Origin: Amphiscolops sp. MND2022
Taxonomy: Eukaryota
Assembly (NCBI GenBank): GCA_964187785.1
Contig: OZ076409.1
Span: 86,306,001-86,370,000 of the forward strand
Reading direction: 5' to 3'
DNA: 64,000 nucleotides
Numbering within the stretch: the stretch's first letter is position 1; each line of letters opens with the position of its first letter. The position numbers were made by a program, and so were the translations under genes. This document shows, one piece after another, positions 27,001 to 39,000 of this stretch. The notes below the pieces were generated by a model, which was given only the letters and a program-made list of their open reading frames with translations, ran no database searches and had not been told where the DNA came from.

Positions 27001-30000
27001 TTCACTATGGGTGTGAGGTTGTATATCCGCGCAAAACTCCGATTTGCATTGTTTGTTTTTGTCGCGAATGAGTCCGAGTTTCAGCGTCATAGGTTTTTGT
27101 GGTTTAACGCCAAAAACAATTTCGTAAGGAGTCATACCCGTTGTATAATTTACGCTTGTATTATGGGCAAAGGCAAATTTAGATGCAAGTGTTGACCAAT
27201 AGTTTCCTCACTCGTTGGTGAAATTTCTCCAGTATCTCATGAGATGTTTGTTCTGGACTTCCACTTTGCCGTTCGTCCAAGGCGAGTATGCAGTGCTTGG
27301 TGCCAACGTTATCCCAAATTCTTTTGTCCAATATACAAAATCACGGTTGATAAAAGCTGAGCCATCATCGTGGACAATTTTTTGGGGGATGCCGTAGGAT
27401 GTAATCCATTTTTCTAGTGCATTGATTGTAGTCTGAGCTCCTGTATCTCGAACAGGATAGACTCCGAGAAATCTTGAAAATGCATCTACTACAACTAGAC
27501 AATGTGTGTTCAAGTTACTGCTTGGTCTAATGGGTCCTTTGTGGTCGACATGAATTGTTTTGAAGGGGGTTGTTTCGAGTTCGCCCCACTGCTCAAGAGG
27601 CGCCTCTTGTAAGTCGTGTCGTTTGGACTTGTTAGTCTGGCATTGTAAACAATCCTCTATTAGAGATACTATCCACTTATATCGTCCAGGCCAAAAGAAA
27701 TTCTGTCTGATGTTTTCGAATGTTTTGAATATGCCTGGATGGCCGCTGTGAGTGTGAGCGTGAGCTAGGTTAAAAAGGGGTAGGAATAAGGATAAGGGGA
27801 CACAGATTTTCATCTCGTATTTGTCTGTTCCATGAACAGGTTCATTATAGCAGAGTAGATTGCTTTCTTTATCGAGAAAAAGTTGGTTAAAATTATTGAA
27901 ATACGATAGTAAGGCCTTCGATTGTTGTATTTCAGGTGTTTTGGAGGTTGGCTTGTTATGGTTTCTAACCCAGGATCGTACTACTTGTAATGCGGGGTCT
28001 TTAATTTGTTCTGCGACTAGAATGGGGATATCCAGATCGGCGATTTTAGAATATTCACTCAGTTTTTGTAGGAGATCTTTAGTGTCAACGTGTGGGATCT
28101 GCTCCTCGTTCAAACTCTTATTTAATAGTGGTCCTCCAACCTTTTGTGAAATATTCTTTTCCTTTGCCGTTGATTTATCACGATAGAACTCGTGATCTTC
28201 GCTGGAAAGGTGGAGTTCGGCGACATTCTCTTCGTCATCACTAGAGTCTGTTTCAATTTCGTCTATTCTACTATATTCGGGTTCGCACTGCATTTTGTAC
28301 GAGGGAAGACAGAGGTTTTTGTATTGGTTGATTGACTTTCCCAATTTGAAACAATCGGCGATGTCTTGTCGAGTCGCCATTACTGTTTGTTGGTTCTCGT
28401 AGTGTTCTACTTCTTGTTCTTCTCCGTCATTCTTGAGATGGAGTAGTCTTTGGTCTCTGCCTTTTTGACAAAGGATAGGAAAAAGTCATTGCTTCCACAC
28501 TGACCGTCGTCATTGTGCTCGATTGCATAATGTACTTTCGATCCGAATTCGTCAAAGAAACTGATATTTCGCGGTATTTCTTTGTGTAGTTTTTTGCAAA
28601 TTTTTGGTTTCCTCCAATGTGACGTTCCGATTTGGAACATCTGGAAACGCGAGATTAGATCCTTTAGTCCAGATGATTTTGAGGTTTTGGAACTTGGTGA
28701 GTATTACCTGGTATTTGAAAAAGCGGTGTGAGAGTTGTCCTTTCCGCCCCCAAAGGTATAGGATGGGTTTGTGATCGCAATAGAGGTATATTGGGAATGG
28801 AGATCCAATAATGTAGTGTTCGTATGTTTGAAGTGCTGATACTATACCACACAATTCACGGTGAAGGATGGACATTTTTTGTTCAGCTTTGTCAAATACG
28901 CGCGAATTGAAAGAAACTATCCTTTTGCCTTCTGGAAACTGTTGCACTAAAATACAACCGGTACCAACGTTCGAAAAATCGACATGTATGTGGAAGGGGT
29001 ACTCAGTTGAAGGAACAGCAAGAGTGGTGTCTTCACATATACGACTTTTTATATCGGTGAAAAGGTCTTCGTGTTCTTTTGTCCATTTGAAAGGTGTTGT
29101 AGCTTTGATCAAGTCGTAGAAGGGTTGACTGTCCACATGTAAGTTTTTTATACAGCAACTATAAAACCCAAGACAGCCAAGTACTTTCATCACATCCCTT
29201 TTACTTTCGGGTGATTTTAAGTTTTTGAGATCTTGTACTCGTTTTGCTGAGGGCTGTATTCCTTGTTCAGAAATAACATGACCCAGGAACTTGACTTTTC
29301 TAATGAAGAAGTTTGTCTTCTCAGGTGCAGCTTTAAGTCCGGTTTTTCTCAGTAGTTGATGGTACTCGTGACTTATTGTGAACATTTCTTGTTTGGTTTG
29401 AGCCTGCATTAAGCTATCATCAAGGTAGGTGATAGCTTGTTTTCGTTTAATAAGGGGCTCAAAATGTATAGCCATTAAACGGCTAAAAAAGTTTGGAAGT
29501 CCACAGAGTCCGTAAAAACCACGTACATACGTATACTGTTTTCCGCCGATGATGAAACTAGTGAGCTTTTGGGTCTCGTCGCTCAATGGTACTTGGTGAT
29601 ATGCGAAAGATAAATCGCTGACTGTGAAGTATTTCCATTGATTCGAGTCATGATCATCTGCATGGGCTCCAATGGCCACGAGTAGTTTGTTAAATCCGTT
29701 ATAGAATTTAAGTAGCGGGCGTCGATTACTAGTTTTACGTAGTCTGCTTTGGGCATTAGGAAGATCGGATTGACAAAAAGGGAACCTAATTCGTCATCGT
29801 CTCCCATTTCTCTAATGATATCGGCTTCTTGGAGTTGTCCAAGTAGCTTCTCAAGTTTGTCTTTCAAGTGAAGGGGTACTTTGCTCGGTCGTTGTTTTTT
29901 GAGTTCCGAATTTGCTTTGAGGGTTACATGAAATTTTTAACGTAGTTTTCCCACGTCGAATTTGTGTTGTGAATACACGTCCGCTGCGTCAATAAGCATA

Positions 30001-33000
30001 TCTATTAGGACAACCAATTCTTCATCTTGGAGGTCAGTATATCCGAAATCGAATTTTTTCACATATTCCTTGATTTCTTCAGGCTGATATTGGAAGTAGT
30101 AATCTATCAAAGCGTCGTTGTCTTCTTTGGTTCTAAGTTCGACAAATTGTTCTGTACAGGGTGGCTGACAACATTTAGCGTCCTTAGCAAAATCTGTTTC
30201 AAGTTCTTCAGTCCCATTAGCAAATTGTTCCATATAAAAGTCAATGTCTCCCTCTTCTACTTCTTCTTTTCGTATGGAAGCATTAACAAATTGAAGGTCT
30301 GCTTCGTTTTGTGACACAATCTCAACTTTAATATGTCCATAATCGAGCGTGTTACGAATGATGTCCAACGCTTCTTTCCAGCTGATGTTGTCTAAGCCAT
30401 CTTCAATTTTGGCTACTGAAATTGCAGATATATTGTTTAGTTGTGCGTGTCCGAACAAATTTTCATGGCAACTACGAAAATCTTCGGGTCTAATTTTTTC
30501 GTATCACCTTTTTTTGCAACTAGCCCATAGATGAAGCGATTGGCTTCGTTATCTAAAAAGAGTAAAACCGATCCAACGAAGTGTTTCGATTGGTTTACGA
30601 AATTTTGAAAATCCTTTTCCTGTTCACATAACTTTCTCGCAAATGTGGTTGTCATTTTTCCGTCTGCCGAGACGCAAAACGCTAGGTTTGCATTTGAGGT
30701 CCGCAGAGTCTCGCCAGAGCCGTGGCTTAGAAAGACTTGTTGATCTCCTTCATGCTCGAAGGGAAATGTTGAGTGTAGTAAGAAACAGTCGTTGTAGTCT
30801 GGGTTCTCCTTTAAGATTGTGTTGACCATCGTGACACAATCTTTTATCTGGAACTTCGGTCGTTCCTTTTCCTGTAGATCTATGATAGCACGACCAATTA
30901 TCCCTCTATTAAGGGTTATTTGGTGATTTCGATTATTTTCAAACAAAATTGGCAGATGGGATTCGGATTTCGTACATAAAACATTCACAAAGGTAAGCCT
31001 TGTTTTGACTGCATTTTTGTGGGGTTTGAATGATGTTCCGGGTGCAAAATGTCTATTGTTCTCGCGAGAGTATTTATGTAGACGGGTGGTTTCGGCATCG
31101 ATACAAATTGGGTTGTCTGTTCGTTATGTTTCGACTTTTGAAACGTACGGGAAAGGTTTGGTAGCACAAAGGTTACCGTAGCAAATTGTGTTAGGACTTT
31201 CTTTCAATTCGATTGCAGGCAAATCAAAATGTATTTTACAAATAAGTTGACGGCAGAAATCTATTCCCAGCAAATTGGGTGTCTTCGCTTCTGTTATCCA
31301 AAACTTTAGTTCTACGGGATGGAGTCCATCCGAGTCGAAGCTAAATGTGATTGTTGTTGATCCGAGCATCGGTATAACTTCACCAGTAAAGGTTTTAGTC
31401 AGTTGCTTGCTTCTGACTACTGTGATGGATTGTCAAAATTGTGCGATTTCCTCAAAAGCTCTATAATTGATAATCGAGCAGGCTGCTCCTGTGTCTAACA
31501 TGAATTCTATTTCTAACCCACTATCTTTTTTGGAGTCTCCGGTTGGAAAAAAGAAGAGATTCAGGTGAAATCGTGATTTGAGGTTACAGAGGTTGTTATA
31601 GTTTAAGTAGTAATACGTAATTCTACTGAAGTTCTGATACTGCTACTGTTTCAGGAATAAAGGGAAGCGAGACAAGAATCTATTTCTATGAAGACCATGT
31701 GGCAAAGTGGATGGGCCATCACTACGATGGTCTATAATGTTGCTGGTATCTAATGTACAAATATATATATCAACAACTACAAACATAAGACTGCCATTAA
31801 TTGGTCACTTTAATTAATTAGATTGCTGTCACTTCAGTTTTAATAGATTGTTTTGTATTGCTCTTTTCTATTGTTTTGGTATGACAGTTTGTAGCCCCGT
31901 TACATTCCCCTCTGTTCGGTTCTTGACGAGCTCTGTGGTTTGGGTTCAACATAAATATCTTTGCGCGTTGACTAGTGCAATTTACTTGTTTAGTTTTCGT
32001 CACTCGAGACTGTGATTACCTCTCTTTCTCCTTCTTCGTTTGTGTTTTCTATTCCACATATCATGACCGGGTTTCCATAGTAGTCCGGTGTGGTGCGGTT
32101 TCTTTTTGGTCGTTCATTGCTTGTATTGCTATCTGTTTCGTTTTCACTTTCTGGTTCTTCTTTTGTCGGTTGTGGTTTTTCCCAGTTGACTGTTGCTTTT
32201 ATTGGTGTTTTTGGTGGGTTTGTTTGTTTTCTTTCATTTCTTCGTTGATCGTTTTCTTCTTCGTCTTCTGACTCTAATAGTTCTCTCCAATTTGCGAGAC
32301 GTTTGAATTCTGTTGGGATTTTCTTCTCTCTTCTTTTCTTTGTGTTTTGTTGTTCGTTGGTTTTGGTTTGTTTTATGTCCTTCTTGTGTTGTGGTGAATT
32401 CGTGTGTTTTGATTGGCTGCTTTGTTGGACCAATTGTTGTGGCTTCGCTATTTCACGTTTGCTGAATGTTTGCGCTGTTTATTTTCCACTTTCTTTCATT
32501 GTCAGCGTATGCTGTGTTTCGCCTGTGATTCGTCCTTTCTTTCGCTTGTAGACTTCTTCTAGTTTTGAGCCCCGTGCTCTTTCTCTGACCATTATTTCTG
32601 AATCTTGTTCTTGGGGAAAATCACTCATCTCCAGTTCGAAGTCTTTGTCGTTATCTGAAACAGAATTGTAGTTTGTAGTTGGTTTTGTAGTTATGATTTC
32701 TTTGATTGTAGTTAATTTTCTCCCTAGTTGTAGTTCCGCTGGAGATATGTTATTACTTTTTGGTGCATTTCGTACTGAGTATAATATTTCTGATAGTTCG
32801 GTATTTTCTTTATCCAGTATTATTCTTTTGTTGGTTCTCAGTCTTTCGTTTATTGTGCGTATAAGTCTTTCTACTTTACCATTACCGCGGTGATCATATA
32901 TGGGGCATTTTATGTGTTGTATAAAGTATTTTTGACAGAATTGTTTAAATTTGTTACTTGTAAATGCTGTTCCCGGATCTGTTCGAATTTTTCTTGGGAT

Positions 33001-36000
33001 GCCATTATCTGCAATATATCTTTCGAGGAATTCTATTACTTTATTAGTAGTTGGGGCTCGCATAAATTTTGCGTCCGGCCAGCCTGTTTTACTGTCGATT
33101 GATACTATTAAGTATTTCTTTGAACTTTTTGCTATTTTGAATGGGCCAGCGAAGTCTATTGCAATTTCTTCATTTACTTCTTTTGGTGTTGGTACTTTGC
33201 CAAATTGTTTTTGATTTAACATTGGTTTTATTGACTTACCTGCTGCTCTGCATTCTGGACATGTTTTGGTAAGTAGCGTAATGTCTCTGTGTATCTTTGG
33301 CCACCAAATATCGATAATTTGCCTTAACATTTGGTAACGTCCGGGGTGGCCCCAATGTAGCGAATTTTTGATGGAAGTCTGTAAGTTTTTCGGTATTATA
33401 AGACGATCATCCATGTAGAGTAAGTTATTTTCATCAATGGAGATTGAATTAAATCTCTCTCTCCACGGGCTTTCCAGAGCTTTGATTTTTGCTTTTGTAG
33501 GACTTTTTACTAATTTGATTAGTTTTTGTAGGTTTTCGTCATCGTTATAATTTGCGATAAGCATGTTTTCACCAATTTTGTTGGCTATTTCAACTTTCGA
33601 TTCAAATTGCTTTGAGATTCGTTTACCTGCTAATGCGTTTGTTGAGTTGTTCTGTCCCATTTTGGTCAGTTGCGTTGTTTGCTTGCTCGCGTGTGTTTGT
33701 TCACTCTTGCTGCGTCTATCTTCGCGGTTGAGTTTCAACCATTGTCGTCCTCTGATTGGTCGAGTGAAGTCTTCAGCTAAAATACTATTTACATTATTTA
33801 CATGGTTCACTGTGAACCAGTTGTTCCATAATTCTTTAGCTTTTACGCTTTCTCCTTCTATTTGTGATGGATGGCGTGAAAGGTAGTCAGCTATGCCAAT
33901 TGTTCTTCCAGGTGCGTGGAATATGTCAAAGTCAAACGGTAGTAGTCGATCTACCCATCGAGTGAGTCTACTCGAGTAGGTTTTATTGCCTTTATTTCCT
34001 TTCAGCACTGTTGCTAGTGCCTTGTGGTCTGATACCACTTGGAATTTTATTCCGTATAAGTAGTTTTTAAAATGCTCAATCGCCCATACAACGGCGAGTA
34101 GTTCCAATTCGTTTATGGAATAGTTTTCTTCTAGTGGCGTTAAAAATCTGGATGCGAAATGTATTGGTCTCCATCCAATCTCGTCTTTTTGTTGTAGTAC
34201 AGCGCCTAATCCGGCTTTACTTGCGTCGCATATTATTCGGATATTTTCGCTTTTCTTGAAGTGTCCCACTTCTGTTACTCTTTTTACCTGTTCGTTTATT
34301 TCTTTAAAAGCTTTTTCGTGTTTCTCCTCCCAGTTCCATGTTTTATCCTTTGTTAGTAAAGGTCTTATGGGAAAGCAAAGTTGGGCTAAATTCGGTATAA
34401 ATCTGTTCATCTGGTTTACAGCTCCCAGATAAGAACGTAGTTGCTTTAGATTTTTCGGTCTAAGTTTTTCAGTTATTGCTTGTATTTTGGTGTTTATTGG
34501 GCTTATTCCATTTTGGGTTAATTTATATCCCAACCATTCAATTTCTTTTTGTGCTAAATTACATTTTTCCCATTTTAGTCTAACGTTAGCTTTATTTAGC
34601 TTTGTTAATACTGTTTTTACCACTTTGTAGTGATTTTCTTTTAATCCTTTTGTTACTACAAGGATATCATCTAGGAATACGTACGTGTTGGGGATGTTTG
34701 CTAATTCGGTGTCCATGGCTTTTTGGAACTCGGTTGGCATTACTGTTAAACCGTAAAAACCTGTTACAAATTTGTATGTTCCAGTAGCTTTCCCTCCTAT
34801 TATTTGGAAATTACAGTGTTTTGCTGTTTCTTTATTTAGAGGCACTTGTCCGTACGCGTATTGCATGTCAAGAGAAGTATACCATGCTATTCCTTCGTTT
34901 TCTGTATCTAATTGTTCTGCTACCATATCGACAAGGTGCTCTAGATTCGGCATTTGGTATTTATCTTTTACGACTTCTTTGTTTAATGCGCGTGCGTCGA
35001 GTGCTATTTTCACACTCTTATCTCTTTTCACCGTGATTACTATTGGCTGAATGAATTGTTTGTCCGTTACTTCTTTTACTCTTTCAATGTGTCCTTCATG
35101 CAACAGCCTTTCTATTTCCTTTTCTACTGCATCTTGCAGTTGAATGGGTACTCTTCTACCCTTTTGTTGTGTTATTTTTGCATGTGGTTTGAATTCTATT
35201 TTGACTTCATGGCCTATTAATTTCCCTTGTCTTGTAAATAGTTCGTTAAATTGTTCCTTTATTTTTGTTTGTTCATTCACTTCATTGTGAATGCTCTTTT
35301 CGTTCTCTTTTTCTATTTTACTGTTTTTGCTCGAATTACTACTAATTTTATAAATGGCTTGTTTACCTTCACTTTGATTGGGTGATACAAATTTGTAGTT
35401 GAAAGCATTCAGCCAATCTCGTCCAATTAGCGATTTTGCTCCCTTCTGTGCGATTAATATTCTTGCTTTGTGGAGTTTACTTTCCCCAACTTCCAGATGG
35501 CAGAATATGTAGCCCAACAATTCTAGTTTCTTCCGATTGAAATCCACGTATTCCTCATCGCTGGGTAATTCCCTGATGAATAGTGTTTTTCGTTTCATTA
35601 TTTTCTTCAATTCATCTATTTCGAAGATGGTTACTGGCGATCCTGAATCTACCATTGTCTGGAATTCATTGCCGTTGATTTTGCCCTTCATCGTGAAGTG
35701 TCCATTTTCGTCACCTTCTATGGTTAGTACCACTTTTTCTTCGTCTACTATTGACCCTTCATTCTCACTGTCGCTCCATTCGTCAATTCGTTGAATTCTT
35801 TGTGGTGGTTTTGCAACCTTTCTGCTTTTTGCAAAATTTCCAGCTCCTTTTGTTTGGCAGCATTTTGCGAAGTGCCCCTTTTTTTCGCATTTCATGCAAG
35901 TTATTCCTATTGCCTTGCACTCTTTTAAGTGTTGTGGGGTGAAGATTCCTTCACAGCGAAAGCATTTCTTTTGGGGTCCCCATCTTTTTGCACTTTGATT

Positions 36001-39000
36001 TATGTTATTTATTTCGGACGGTTCTGCTTTTATTTTGGGTTTCTCCAATGTTTCAAACGATTGCTGTCCTATCGTTCCCTCTTCGTAGGCAATTGCAAAT
36101 TGTATGTTGTCATTTACGTTTGTTTTGGGTTCAGTGCACAGCTTTTGTTGTACTTCTTTGTTGTTCATATTCACTATGAATACATCTTTCACTAAGCTTT
36201 CGGTTATTGCTCCAAAGTTGCATTTTGATGATAATCCGTTCAATTCGTTCCAGAATTGTTTGAGTGATTCTCCTTCTTTCTGTTTTCTGGATAGGAATTT
36301 GAATCTATCCAATGTTTCGTTCTTTGGTTTCTCGACACATTCTTTGCAGTTCTTTAGTAAATCCGTTAGATTTACTGTTGCTATATTTGTCGTCGGAAAC
36401 TTGTCTGCAATTTTTTTCTCCCTGCAGCTCCCAATGCCAGATATAGAACGCTTATTGCCTTCTTCGTTGCGGGTATTTCGTCTAAATCTCCCATTAGACT
36501 TTTTTCTTTTGCTCCTGTCGTCTTCGTCAGCTCAGATACTGAGATATTGTTTTTCGCCATTAACGCTACCTCAAAGAGGTCTATCCACTTTTCCCATTCT
36601 AATGTGGGTGTTTTTGATGCGTCAGTCCAGTAAGTTGGTAGACCTGCAATTGCTTGCGGTCCTCCTGAGTATTCAGGTGCCATGTTATAGTGGCTACGAA
36701 AATCTTCGGGTCTAATTTTTTCGTATCACCTTTTTTTGCAACTAGCCCATAGATGAAGCGATTGGCTTCGTTATCCAAAAAGAGTAAAACCGATCCAACG
36801 AAGTGTTTCGATTGGTTTACGAAATTTTGAAAATCCTTTTCCTGTTCACATAACTTTCTCGCAAATGTGGTTGTCATTTTTCCGTCTGCCGAGACGCAAA
36901 ACGCTAGGTTTGCATTTGAGGTCCGCAGAGTCTCGCCAGAGCCGTGGCTTAGAAAGACTTGTTGATCTCCTTCATGCTCGAAGGGAAATGTTGAGTGTAG
37001 TAAGAAACAGTCGTTGTAGTCTGGGTTCTCCTTTAAGATTGTGTTGACCATCGTGACACAATCTTTTATCTGGAACTTCGGTCGTTCCTTTTCCTGTAGA
37101 TCTATGATAGCACGACCAATTATCCCTCTATTAAGGGTTATTTGGTGATTTCGATTATTTTCAAACAAAATTGGCAGATGGGATTCGGATTTCGTACATA
37201 AAACATTCACAAAGGTAAGCCTTGTTTTGACTGCATTTTTGTGGGGTGTGAATGATGTTCCGGGTGCAAAATGTCTATTGTTCTCGCGAGAGTATTTATG
37301 TAGACGGGTGGTTTCGGCATCGATACAAATTGGGTTGTCTGTTCGTTATGTTTCGACTTTTGAAACGTACGGGAAAGGTTTGGTAGCACAAAGGTTACCG
37401 TAGCAAATTGTGTTAGGACTTTCTTTCAATTCGATTGCAGGCAAATCAAAATGTATTTTACAAATAAGTTGACGGCAGAAATCTATTCCCAGCAAATTGG
37501 GTGTCTTCGCTTCTGTTATCCAAAACTTTAGTTCTACGGGATGGAGTCCATCCGAGTCGAAGCTAAATGTGATTGTTGTTGATCCGAGCATCGGTATAAC
37601 TTCACCAGTAAAGGTTTTAGTCAGTTGCTTGCTTCTGACTACTGTGATGGATTGTCAAAATTGTGCGATTTCCTCAAAAGCTCTATAATTGATAATCGAG
37701 CAGGCTGCTCCTGTGTCTAACATGAATTCTATTTCTAACCCACTATCTTTTTTGGAGTCTCCGGTTGGAAAAAAGAAGAGATTCAGGTGAAATCGTGATT
37801 TGAGGTTACAGAGGTTGTTATAGTTTAAGTAGTAATACGTAATTCTACTGAAGTTCTGATACTGCTACTGTTTCAGGAATAAAGGGAAGCGAGACAAGAA
37901 TTTATTTCTATGAAGACCATGTGGCAAAGTGGATGGGCCATCACTACGATGGTCTATAATGTTGCTGGTATCTAATGTACAAATATATATATATATCAAC
38001 AACTACAAACATAAGACTGCCATTAATTGGTCACTTTAATTAATTAGATTGCTGTCACTTCAGTTTTAATAGATTGTTTTGTATTGCTCTTTTCTATTGT
38101 TTTGGTATGACAGTTTGTAGAACCGTTACAACCATCGTGACACAATCTTTTATCTGGAACTTCGGTCGTTCCTTTTCCTGTAGATCTATGATAGCACGAC
38201 CAATTATCCCTCTATTAAGGGTTATTTGGTGATTTCGATTATTTTCAAACAAAATTGGCAGATGGGATTCGGATTTCGTACATAAAACATTCACAAAGCT
38301 AAGCCTTGTTTTGACTGCATTTTTGTGGGGTGTGAATGATGTTCCGGGTGCAAAATGTCTATTGTTCTCGCGAGAGTATTTACGTAGACGGGTGGTTTCG
38401 GCATCGATACAAATTGGGTTGTCTGTTCGTATTGTTTCGACTTTTGAAACGTACGGGAAAGGTTTGGTAGCACAAAGGTTACCGTAGCAAATTGTGTTAG
38501 GATTTTCTTTCAATTCGATTGCAGGCAAATCAAAATGTATTTTACAAATAAGTTGACGGCAGAAATCTATTCCCAGCAAATTGGGTGTCTTCGCTTCTGT
38601 TATCCAAAACTTTAGTTCTACGGGATGGAGTCCATCCGAGTCGAAGCTAAATGTGATTGTTGTTGATTCGAGCATCGGTATAACTTCACCAGTAAAGGTT
38701 TTAGTCAGTTGCTTGCTTCTGACTACTGTGATGGATTGTCCAAATTGTCCGATTTCCTCAAAAGCTCTATAATTGATAATCGAGCAGGCTGCTCCTGTGT
38801 CTAGCATGAATTCTATTTCTAACCCACTATCTTTTTTGGAGTCTCCGGTTGGAAAAAAGAAGAGATTCAGGTGAAATCGTGATTTGAGGTTACTTTCTTC
38901 GTCAGGTCGCGGAGACTTTAGCAGTTTAAAGGATTGAATGAGATTCTACTGACTCTGTCCTGTCCTTCTTCATCAACCAACTGTACGGAGTTTGGGAAAC

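Larger units (their letters stand above)
31594..38130 (-). mobile_element. Young Gypsy LTR retrotransposon nested in pol of the giant element
   Basis: LTRs 31594-31904 and 37816-38130 (TG..CA, few differences); PPT AGAGGGGAA at 31905-31913; PBS-like TGGCACC next to a 9-bp LTR stub at 36683-36691. Confidence 0.92.
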
